A DNA stretch of 64,000 nucleotides from an uncultured Spirochaetales bacterium (GTDB lineage Bacteria; Spirochaetota; Spirochaetia; SZUA-6), in NCBI GenBank assembly GCA_964596425.1, contig CAZQTC010000023.1, positions 69,367-133,366 on the forward strand. Reading direction: 5' to 3'. A program made the translations under genes and the position numbers. The notes beneath the pieces were generated by a model. That model worked only from the letters and a program-made list of their open reading frames with translations, did not search any database and was not told the DNA's origin. Position 1 is the stretch's first letter; every line of letters begins with the position of its first letter. Shown here piece after piece: positions 17,297 to 25,938 of the stretch.

Positions 17297-20200
17297 TTGA
17301 AAATTATATTTAGATATATAATAATTCTTTCTCTCCTTGTTTTCCCCAGATTTTTTTCATGGGGCGAAGATTTTCCTCCCAATCCTGTAACGGTGGTGTC
17401 CCCGGAAGAAGAGGCTCCTCCCGCTCTGTTTGAAACAAGCATAGGTGATGCGGATGTAAATTTTTTCGCCAGTGGATCTTGGGAGACAAGGTTAGCTTTT
17501 GTAACGGGGCTTCTGTTAAGGCCGGGATTCCCTGTTACCTGGCTCGATTCATTTCCTGAAGAGAATGTGGGATTTCTATATGAAAATGACCCCGATTTGA
17601 CTCTTTCCGTTAGGTTAAAGAAAAAATATTTTCTGGAGTTATCCGTGCTCAAGGATTTTAACAAGAATTCCTTTCTCATGGGTTATGAAGGGAAAGGGAA
17701 TGAACCCTTAAGACGTCTCTATATCGGAAATAGAGATATTTCGATACCTCCCCTTCCGTTTATTGATATTCCCGAAGCCGGAAATGCCTCCATAGGGGCA
17801 AGTGCTCTATTGGGTTGGAAAGACGGTGCCAGCCACAGTTTAATGGTGCGTTACGATCTTGAAGAATCGAAGGAGAAGAGTTTTCTGGGGAAGAATGAGA
17901 TAGAGAAAAGAACAATCGATATTGGAAATTACATCAGGGGACGTTACTTTTACCTCCCAGATAGAAATGTGGATAGTTTACGACTCTTTGTCCGGGATTC
18001 GACGGGAGATCTTTTGGGAAGCGACTCTTATAGGTATCGAATTTTAGACCCATCCGAGTATGTTTTTAATAATTCTGCCGGGGAAATTTATTTGAAAAGT
18101 GATCCTGGCGAACGTCTTATTGTGTATTATACCAAGGGTGGAATTAGTGTGGGGGATGGGTCTCTCGGAAAGGCAGCTCTTCCCGGATTTAACGGCACAG
18201 TGTATGATTTTACCCTTCCCCCTGTGAATTTTAACTGGGGCACCACCTACATGGGTATTGATATGAATGATTTAGCCGTTGTGGTGGATGGTAAAAAATG
18301 TTTAATCCTCTGGGATAATGGTAAATTTTCTCCCTTTCAAATCTGTAACACCTATGATATTGGTGAAAACCTACCCGCTGATGCCTCCAAGATTGACATA
18401 AAGTTATATAAAAAGGGTGCCTTTACACCTGAGTCTATTAACGGCAGTTTTGATTTTATCTTTTACCATGATAGAGGAAGTGTAAAGGTTTTACCTAAGA
18501 ACGGAGGAGAATTTGAAGGCAGTGAGAGTTTTAAGCGATATTATCCCTTCTTTGACAGCTCACCGGTTATTTATGGTCCGGAATCCTCAGTTAAGAGGGA
18601 GGAAAGCGGGTATACATTGAAAGTGAGAATACTCACACCGGTTTCAGAGTATTCTCTTGGAGAGGGAGTTATTCCAGGTTCTGTTCATGTAGAGGTAAAC
18701 GGGGTAGAAGAAACGAGATTCAGGGTGAACTACGATACAGGGAAAATAACCTTTCCCTTTGATGTAAAGCCCACAGATTATATAGATATTACATATAAGA
18801 CGGAATCTGCCGGTGCAAGCGGGGGAGATATTCTAGCTGTCTGGGAGAGTAGAATTGATTTGACAAAACTGTTGCAACTAACCATTGGAGGAGGGGTGCG
18901 TTGGAACTTACTTCCCGGTTCCTATACCGTTAACGAAAACTCCAGAACCGGGATGGTTTTGGGGAGTGTGGGGTTAAGTTATAGGAATGATTCCTTCTCT
19001 GCCAGTGGCTCTGTCGCCGTTGGGTATTCCAATCCTAATACTACAGGAACATTACGGGTAGCCGGGATGGATAATAGGGGGGTTGGGATTGAGATTTCCG
19101 AAGATAATATATTCCCCTCAAGTGTTCCGGATCCTGCTTCGTTTGCCTCTGTTGGGGTAGAAGGTATAACGAGGGATACGCGGGGCAAGCTCTTCTATAA
19201 AAATTATAGGAGTTATGGGCCCTTTGGTTCTGTTTCGCTTATATACTACGATGATCCTATTCCAGCGGGTAATGTGTATGATTATAAAACAGGGTCTAAG
19301 TGTGGACCCTATATTGCAGGGGGTAGCTCGACTGGTAGGTCTGGGAAGAGCCTTGTCCTGGATTATTCTATTCCCTCTTCAAAAAAATGGGTGGGGGTAG
19401 AAATACCGATGTCGGGGAAGGGCGGAAGGGATTATTCTTCGATCGATTCCATATCTCTTTCTTTTAAAGGGGACGCGATAAAGGGAAGGGTTAGGGTTTA
19501 TATTCAGATAGGAGAGATCGGAGAGGATTTGGATGGGGATGGGGTACTTGATAGGGAGGGGAGCAAATTTTCATACGGTTTTGATTTTGATGATACTTCA
19601 AATGGGGTTGTCTTGCTTATTGGAGGCGGACCACAGGGAACAGGTAATTTGATTGAGGATAGTGAGGATTTTAACGGTAACGGGTTTTTGGATAGGGACG
19701 ATCCCAATTATATTGTGAGTTTTACCTCACCTCCTACCAATGATTTGCTATCATTTTCTGGCAGTACTGAATGGCGTCGTTATACCTACTTTTTGACGGA
19801 TGCGGAGAGGAAGAGACTTATCGATACGCGCTCTATACGGATAATTGTCCTACGTGAAGATAGCGGAGATGTAAGGGGCAGGATACTTATCGATAGGATA
19901 ACTCTAAATGGTTCTTCTTTTATTGCAAGTTCGTCCTCCGGGCATGTATATACCGAGGAGTTTCCGGAATCCGATCTTTCTCTGGACTGTGTCTCTGTCT
20001 CTAAAAGTTTGGTAGAACTTTTTCCCGAGCTTTCTGGGGTTGTTAATCAGGATACCAGAGAGCAAATGATTCTGGGTATCAGATGGGATTCCGTTTCATC
20101 GAAGGATGGCTTCTCCGTGAGACATTATCTGGCAAATAGTATAGAGAGAGCTGACTATGGTGAACTGGTGTTTTACGCAGGCTACTGTGGCAGTGAAGCG

Positions 20201-22216
20201 GATGGAACTCTCAATTTAAGTTTGGTGGATTCTCTGGGAAGAGGAATACGGGTTTCCCTTGGAATTTCAAGGATATCGGGTGATATTGGGCATGGCTGGC
20301 ATAAAGTAACGGTTGAACTGGAAAAGAAACAGATTTTTGTTGATGGGGTTTTAAGTGGAGAGGGTACGGTTAGTGTTGATAGTGATTCTTCTCCGCTTAG
20401 CGAGCTGAAAATTGGGGTGAGAGATTCTTCTTCCGGATTTCTTTTCCTCGATGAAGTGCTTCTAAAGAGACCGAGTGGTCGGTTGGGAGGGGCTTTTAAG
20501 GCTAATTTGAATTATTCTGTTAAAGGTCCTCTGTATAGTGTAGGAGGAATCGATGTCATCTCCGATCTTAAACTGAGGGTAAGGAGTTTCCTTGAAACCC
20601 CGGGTTTTTCGGCTCTATACGGCATTCCCGGATCGTATTACACCTATTTTTCCTCTTTGGAGAATGAATTTAAACTGTTAGGTAGTGATGTGGGGTTGAA
20701 TCTGTTGGTGAGCGGGCAGGGTGGGAGTGTATATTTTACTATTGGGCATAGCCTTAGGATGCCCGGTTATATAATTCCTCTCTCTTTGAGTGACAGCTAT
20801 TCGGAGAGATTCGGCGGGATAGGAGATTTCTACAAATCGAATGGTATATTTTTGAATTTGCCCGGAGGAAACGAATTTAGATCTAATTTTAAAGCCAGTT
20901 ATTCGGAGGGTATTCTTTCTAGGGAGTGGAGTGGTGGTGTTAATTTTGGTTTTGGGAAATGGGCTAAGAGTAACAGTGAGGTATCTTTCTCGCGTTCGGA
21001 GAAGGGTTATTCTTATAGCCGAAAAGATTATGTGACGAATTGGGTTACAAGTTTCAGGCTTGTAGACCCAACTGTTTTATCTTCTCTACTGGATAGAGAT
21101 GTGAAGATTAAAAATAGGGAAATGATAAACTTATCTGGATTGGGGGTCTTCTCTATTGGTTTAAGAGGGGAGGGAATTGGAGAGGTTCACAGCTTTAATT
21201 TTTCAGGGAATTACCGGGATGCAGGAAATACGTATCAGGTTTCCCTTTCCCTACCTCTTAAGATTGACACTGCTACAGGCTTAACGGTAGAGCCTCGATA
21301 TGAAAGGCTCTTATCCCTTATTGATACGGTAGGATATACGGGGTGTTTTCTCTCCGATGTAAACAATCTCTGGTTAGGTGTTGAAAGCAATTCCTATTTT
21401 TATAGGGCTATTCCGTTTGTTGAGTTATATGACACTTCATTGTTAACCGATGTTGAGAGAAGTGGTGGTTTGTTTGAACAGATTACCTATAAACCATCCG
21501 TTTCACTAACCCTATCCAGAAATTATGGTTCGTATGTGAGAGATTTGTTTTTACCCTCTTCGATGACCCTCGAGTTTAATAGGAGGATTCGAAGTGAGTA
21601 CTCTATTGTTACTCAGGATTTTACGAGTGGTGTAAAGTTAAAGACCATGGCGATAAATCTTTTTGGAAAACTTGGTGCATATAGGTACTTTGATTTTTAT
21701 AGGACAGACGAGTTCGATTCTTCTCTCTCTCTCGAATTAAGGGGTAATGGGGAGGGTGAGGTAGATAGTTATACCTTCGGAATTATTCACTATGTCAACT
21801 TGGTAGGGAACAGAAATGAATACTCTCTCCAGAACAATCTTACTTTGGAGGGTGATTGGAGGGGTGAAATACTGGAGCGTATCAAAGATACACTGGATTT
21901 GAGCTTTAAGTGGCGGACTGATTATGTCCCCTTTCTCTTTAAGAAGTTGCTTCCGGATAATTGGGCTGATGTTAGTTTTCTTGAAAATGAGGAGAATCTT
22001 CGCTATATTTATTTGAGTAGAGATTCTGGAGATACGTTGCTTCCGGTCAGTCTTATTTTTGAGCATTGGACAAAATTGAGGGTGGAAAAGAGAGGCTTTA
22101 TAGGGATAAATATAGGTACGGGTTTCTCTATGGAGGATAGTAATTCCGCGGTATTGTCTCAGAGTCTTTACAGAATATTTTTCAAGGTGGGTTTAAGGGC
22201 CAAAATTACTTTCTAA
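17297..22216 (+). CDS. Giant (1639 aa) secreted or outer-membrane protein of unknown function.
   Basis: TTG start and signal peptide 'IIILSLLVFPRFFSWG'. Gly/Ser/Tyr-rich, beta-rich composition. Calcium-binding-like loops 'DLDGDGVLDREG' and 'DFNGNGFLDRDD'. C-terminus '...VGLRAKITF' has an alternating-hydrophobic pattern and a terminal Phe. Confidence 0.6.
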   Translation: MKIIFRYIIILSLLVFPRFFSWGEDFPPNPVTVVSPEEEAPPALFETSIGDADVNFFASGSWETRLAFVTGLLLRPGFPVTWLDSFPEENVGFLYENDPDLTLSVRLKKKYFLELSVLKDFNKNSFLMGYEGKGNEPLRRLYIGNRDISIPPLPFIDIPEAGNASIGASALLGWKDGASHSLMVRYDLEESKEKSFLGKNEIEKRTIDIGNYIRGRYFYLPDRNVDSLRLFVRDSTGDLLGSDSYRYRILDPSEYVFNNSAGEIYLKSDPGERLIVYYTKGGISVGDGSLGKAALPGFNGTVYDFTLPPVNFNWGTTYMGIDMNDLAVVVDGKKCLILWDNGKFSPFQICNTYDIGENLPADASKIDIKLYKKGAFTPESINGSFDFIFYHDRGSVKVLPKNGGEFEGSESFKRYYPFFDSSPVIYGPESSVKREESGYTLKVRILTPVSEYSLGEGVIPGSVHVEVNGVEETRFRVNYDTGKITFPFDVKPTDYIDITYKTESAGASGGDILAVWESRIDLTKLLQLTIGGGVRWNLLPGSYTVNENSRTGMVLGSVGLSYRNDSFSASGSVAVGYSNPNTTGTLRVAGMDNRGVGIEISEDNIFPSSVPDPASFASVGVEGITRDTRGKLFYKNYRSYGPFGSVSLIYYDDPIPAGNVYDYKTGSKCGPYIAGGSSTGRSGKSLVLDYSIPSSKKWVGVEIPMSGKGGRDYSSIDSISLSFKGDAIKGRVRVYIQIGEIGEDLDGDGVLDREGSKFSYGFDFDDTSNGVVLLIGGGPQGTGNLIEDSEDFNGNGFLDRDDPNYIVSFTSPPTNDLLSFSGSTEWRRYTYFLTDAERKRLIDTRSIRIIVLREDSGDVRGRILIDRITLNGSSFIASSSSGHVYTEEFPESDLSLDCVSVSKSLVELFPELSGVVNQDTREQMILGIRWDSVSSKDGFSVRHYLANSIERADYGELVFYAGYCGSEADGTLNLSLVDSLGRGIRVSLGISRISGDIGHGWHKVTVELEKKQIFVDGVLSGEGTVSVDSDSSPLSELKIGVRDSSSGFLFLDEVLLKRPSGRLGGAFKANLNYSVKGPLYSVGGIDVISDLKLRVRSFLETPGFSALYGIPGSYYTYFSSLENEFKLLGSDVGLNLLVSGQGGSVYFTIGHSLRMPGYIIPLSLSDSYSERFGGIGDFYKSNGIFLNLPGGNEFRSNFKASYSEGILSREWSGGVNFGFGKWAKSNSEVSFSRSEKGYSYSRKDYVTNWVTSFRLVDPTVLSSLLDRDVKIKNREMINLSGLGVFSIGLRGEGIGEVHSFNFSGNYRDAGNTYQVSLSLPLKIDTATGLTVEPRYERLLSLIDTVGYTGCFLSDVNNLWLGVESNSYFYRAIPFVELYDTSLLTDVERSGGLFEQITYKPSVSLTLSRNYGSYVRDLFLPSSMTLEFNRRIRSEYSIVTQDFTSGVKLKTMAINLFGKLGAYRYFDFYRTDEFDSSLSLELRGNGEGEVDSYTFGIIHYVNLVGNRNEYSLQNNLTLEGDWRGEILERIKDTLDLSFKWRTDYVPFLFKKLLPDNWADVSFLENEENLRYIYLSRDSGDTLLPVSLIFEHWTKLRVEKRGFIGINIGTGFSMEDSNSAVLSQSLYRIFFKVGLRAKITF

Positions 22217-22278
22217 TTTAATTGGAAGTAGTTAGGATTAAGTGTTATAATTCTAAGTGAATTTAAGGAGGTTTCTAG

Positions 22279-23643
22279 ATGAAAAGAGAAAGGCTTAAGA
22301 TATTAATTTTAACTCTTTTTGTTACTTTTCTGTTTGTTCTTCCTGTGTGGTCAGAGGATAGTGGAAAAGCCTTTGATATGGGAATGTCCATGGTTATTGG
22401 TACCCAGTCTTTTGTGGAAAACGGGGCTACCGTAACCTATCAAACTTTGAGTTTTCATCCGGATATTGCTTTTGGAAAAGTGGGAATAGGGTTGGATGTT
22501 ACTCTTCACTATAATTTTACCGGTGGGCCTGATAGTAATCAGTTTCATATTAGAGAGGCCGACTGGATTCCCTCTGAGCCAGTAACCTTTTCAAAGGTGC
22601 TTGGATTGTACCTTCCCCTAATACGGTACGTACGTTACGGTGAGAAGGGAGATCCTATCTATGCTAAATTTGGGGCTATTGATGATGCCACTTTGGGAAA
22701 TGGTTTTATTATGAGTAATTATTCCAATACTCAGTATCTTCCGGAGAAAAAAATTTTTGGTCTAAGTTTTGATCTGGATGGTAGACTCTTCAATTTCCCA
22801 TACGTTGGTTTTGAGTCTGTGATAGGTAATCTCTCCCTGTTTGATGTAGTTGGTGTAAGATTGTTTGCGAGGCCTCTGCTATTTCTCAATATACCCATTA
22901 TTAAGAATATCGAATTTGGCACAACCTATGCCACGGATACGGATGTTTATGCTTTTGAAAATGAACAAACGGGTGGAAGCGAGAAGGGAAGTGTTTATGC
23001 CTATGGAATGGATTTTAGGCTTCCTATTTTGTCCAATCCTGTTGTTTCCCTCGCCACCTTTGGTGATATAGCATCTATTGAGAGTAAATCTGTTGGGGGG
23101 ATGCTTGGTTTTGGTGGACGATTGATAAGTATATTTACGTATGGTGCTCAGTTGAGAATGCTCGGGGAGAATTTTATTCCAAGTTATTTCGATCAGACCT
23201 ATGATTTGTATAGGACGGTTAAGTATCAACTTGTGGAGACAACTAATGCTATTCCTGGATATGTGGGATGGTTCGCCAGTGCAGGTACATCTCTGCTTGA
23301 TGATAGTATTATATTTAATGTGAGTCTGGATGGACCCTTTGGTACGGTTTCTAGTGATACGGATAGTTTTGTAAATTATCCCCATTTAGTAGGGATGTTT
23401 ATTATCAAAGATAACCTCCTTAAGGGGTTTTCCTTTGATGCAAGTTATGACAAAAAGCTTATAAAGAGTTTTAGAGACCTTATCAGTCCTGAGGATGCGG
23501 TTATTCAAGCTCGTTTGAACTATAAGACAGGTCCTGCAATGATCTCGTTTGTTTATAAGATAAGGTATGTGGCTAATCCAGGACCGGGGGAGAATCCATG
23601 GCAGGTAACCTCGGGATTGGAGAGCTCAATTCAACTTTTTTAG
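22279..23643 (+). CDS. Secreted protein, putative outer-membrane beta-barrel. It is a paralogue of the C-terminal domain of the next gene.
   Basis: Signal peptide 'ILILTLFVTFLFVLPVWS'. 'FGAIDDATLGNGFIMSNYSN' aligns with 'IGNLNDITIGHGLLMRNYAN' of the downstream gene. Terminal Phe. Confidence 0.6.
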   Translation: MKRERLKILILTLFVTFLFVLPVWSEDSGKAFDMGMSMVIGTQSFVENGATVTYQTLSFHPDIAFGKVGIGLDVTLHYNFTGGPDSNQFHIREADWIPSEPVTFSKVLGLYLPLIRYVRYGEKGDPIYAKFGAIDDATLGNGFIMSNYSNTQYLPEKKIFGLSFDLDGRLFNFPYVGFESVIGNLSLFDVVGVRLFARPLLFLNIPIIKNIEFGTTYATDTDVYAFENEQTGGSEKGSVYAYGMDFRLPILSNPVVSLATFGDIASIESKSVGGMLGFGGRLISIFTYGAQLRMLGENFIPSYFDQTYDLYRTVKYQLVETTNAIPGYVGWFASAGTSLLDDSIIFNVSLDGPFGTVSSDTDSFVNYPHLVGMFIIKDNLLKGFSFDASYDKKLIKSFRDLISPEDAVIQARLNYKTGPAMISFVYKIRYVANPGPGENPWQVTSGLESSIQLF

Positions 23644-23658
23644 GAATTGGAGGTAAAT

Positions 23659-25905
23659 ATGAGAAAGATAGCTATAGCTTTGATTTTAATTTTGTTCCTC
23701 GTGATGCCAGTTATCCTCTTTGCTCAGGAGAGTAAGGCTGGAAACGGAGAAGAAAACGTAGCCCTTCTTGAGTACTTTGAGGATTCGAGTGGTGCCTTTA
23801 GGATTGTTACAGCTGATGGTAAAGAGATTTATTCGCAGGATCTCTACTTTGGGTATGAAATACCTGTGGGTGCTACCATTGTGACAGAGGCTGGTGATTA
23901 TGCTGAGGTTTCGCTGGATCCCAATGGCTCTATTATAAAGGTAGCCGAGAATACAAACTTTAAGATTGTAAGCCTTCAAAAAACTGACGGAAGCGGTGAA
24001 AATGCCTTCTCTATTGCGGTTGGAAAGTTTAGAGCTGTGGCTGGGAGGCTTACAGGGAATGAGAAGTACGTTTTTAAGGGTCCATCGGCCGTTTGTGGTG
24101 TTAGGGGGACGGATTTAGGTATGGAGGTTCTCCCCGGCCAGAAGGAGATTGCCTTTGTATTGGATGGTTTGATTGATTATACCAATGCTGCGGGGAAGAA
24201 AATAGAGATTGGTGCGGGGATGATGGCTGATGCTCTGGCAAAGAGTTTCAAACCCATTCAAATTCCCCCGAATGTACTCTCTGATCTTATGAAGGGCCTT
24301 GAGTTTAAAAAACTTAAACCGGAGAGTGTCCCCGGACATAAACCTGCACCCAAAGCTACGGAGGCCAAGGGTGAGGCGAAAAAAACTGAAGCAGTTCCTC
24401 CACCTCCCCCTGCGGAGAAAAAACCTGCAGTAAAGAAGGAGGAGGTTAAGAAAAAGGCTGAGAATGCCTTCATGGCGGGTATCTATGAAAAGCTCAGGGA
24501 AATCCTGGGGATGGAGATAGGTTCTGTTACAATAGATGGTGTAACCTATTCCAAAGCAGTATTGCAACCTCACTTTACCATTGGGAAGTTAAAGATGGCT
24601 CTATATTTGCCAATTATCTACAAGACGGATATGCTTAATCCGGATGACTGGTACCATCCCAAGGGGAATAATGAGTGGTCCTTTGGAACCGATCAGTCCG
24701 GGTGGGGCGAGAAAGCAATGGATTTCTTGAATGACCTTGCCCTTAAGATCCGGTATGTAGAGTGGGGGAAGCAAAGGGATAAGTTTTTCTTTAAGATTGG
24801 GAATTTAAATGATATTACAATTGGGCACGGACTCTTGATGAGGAACTATGCAAATGATACCGATTTTCCCTCTGTGAGACGTGTTGGGCTTAATCTCGGG
24901 ATAGATTTCAATTTTATGGGTTTTGAAGCGATGGTTAACGATATAGGTGATCCTGAGATTTTTGGTGGAAGGCTCTATTTCAGACCGATACCTGTTTTCC
25001 CAATGGCGGTAGGGATGACTGTTCTTACCGACGTCTCGCCTGCATCGGAGTTGCCTGATCCGACTGTTGTTGGCGATCCCATGCTTTTCAACCTTGGGCT
25101 TGATCTTGATTTTCCGATTATTGAAACGGATTTCTTCAGTATAGTTTCTTTCGCTGATATCGGTGGAATGCTCCCATGGCTCCGCTATCCTCTTTATGAT
25201 GCGAATGGTGTTGTTGTACAGGCAGGTCCTCAGTGGGATGCTTTGCTTGTAAAGGATGAAACCAATCCTGATAATCCCCCCTCTTTGAAAAATTACGGTA
25301 TTGCGGCAGGTCTCTTTGGAAATATTGCAGTATTTAACTGGCGACTTGAGTATAGAAATTTCAACGGTACCTTTAGACCTGCTTTTTATAACCAGTTGTA
25401 CGACAGAGAGAGGGTGACTTACGTTACAGAGATAGCCCAGTATCTGGAGAATCCTAATGCTCCGGAGTATCAACACCAGACGATGGGTGTGTACGGCGAG
25501 GGTGGATTTGCTATAAAGAAGCTCTTCTCCCTTGAGGGTGGATACTTCTGGCCATGGTATATGGAAAACGGCAAGATCAATATGGGTGATAACGATATGC
25601 TCCACTTAAAGTTTTCACTTGAGCCAGGGGTAATACCTGTAGTTGGGGTGTACGGTTCGATTTCGTATGATAGAACAAAATTTATTCCGACATTACTCAG
25701 TGGAGCATCTGAGGGTCTAAGTCTCTTTGATGCCAATACGGTGGTTTCTGCTGAGTTGGTATATCCTGTAGCTCCTACTCTGGATGTTTCAATTCTCTAT
25801 ACAACCACTCTTAAACGCGATAGTAGTGGGGCGGTTATTCTGGATGATAACGGTAATCCGACAATCTCTACCACGGTTAGCATTGAAACAAAGGTACACT
25901 TTTAG
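23659..25905 (+). CDS. Secreted protein with an N-terminal FecR-like domain, a Pro/Lys-rich linker and a C-terminal putative outer-membrane beta-barrel domain.
   Basis: ATG at 23659 after GGAGG. Signal peptide present. 'AVCGVRGTDLGMEV' resembles the FecR RGTxF motif. Linker 'PAPKATEAKGEAKKTEAVPPPPPAEKKPAVKKEEVKKK'. C-terminus 'SIETKVHF' is beta-signal-like. Confidence 0.6.
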   Translation: MRKIAIALILILFLVMPVILFAQESKAGNGEENVALLEYFEDSSGAFRIVTADGKEIYSQDLYFGYEIPVGATIVTEAGDYAEVSLDPNGSIIKVAENTNFKIVSLQKTDGSGENAFSIAVGKFRAVAGRLTGNEKYVFKGPSAVCGVRGTDLGMEVLPGQKEIAFVLDGLIDYTNAAGKKIEIGAGMMADALAKSFKPIQIPPNVLSDLMKGLEFKKLKPESVPGHKPAPKATEAKGEAKKTEAVPPPPPAEKKPAVKKEEVKKKAENAFMAGIYEKLREILGMEIGSVTIDGVTYSKAVLQPHFTIGKLKMALYLPIIYKTDMLNPDDWYHPKGNNEWSFGTDQSGWGEKAMDFLNDLALKIRYVEWGKQRDKFFFKIGNLNDITIGHGLLMRNYANDTDFPSVRRVGLNLGIDFNFMGFEAMVNDIGDPEIFGGRLYFRPIPVFPMAVGMTVLTDVSPASELPDPTVVGDPMLFNLGLDLDFPIIETDFFSIVSFADIGGMLPWLRYPLYDANGVVVQAGPQWDALLVKDETNPDNPPSLKNYGIAAGLFGNIAVFNWRLEYRNFNGTFRPAFYNQLYDRERVTYVTEIAQYLENPNAPEYQHQTMGVYGEGGFAIKKLFSLEGGYFWPWYMENGKINMGDNDMLHLKFSLEPGVIPVVGVYGSISYDRTKFIPTLLSGASEGLSLFDANTVVSAELVYPVAPTLDVSILYTTTLKRDSSGAVILDDNGNPTISTTVSIETKVHF

Positions 25906-25938
25906 AATGTGTTAAGGGAGAGGATTTAGAGGGGTTTT

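Noticed and set aside
24330-24480. The Pro/Lys/Glu-rich stretch as a possible tandem DNA repeat or contingency locus.
   Set aside because: It is a low-complexity coding segment, not an exact tandem nucleotide repeat. It is treated as a protein linker.
22879-25605. Antisense ORFs (168, 152 and 266 aa) overlapping the paralogous secreted-protein genes.
   Set aside because: Same reasoning: antisense to strongly supported ORFs with signal peptides and mutual paralogy. No start or SD context.
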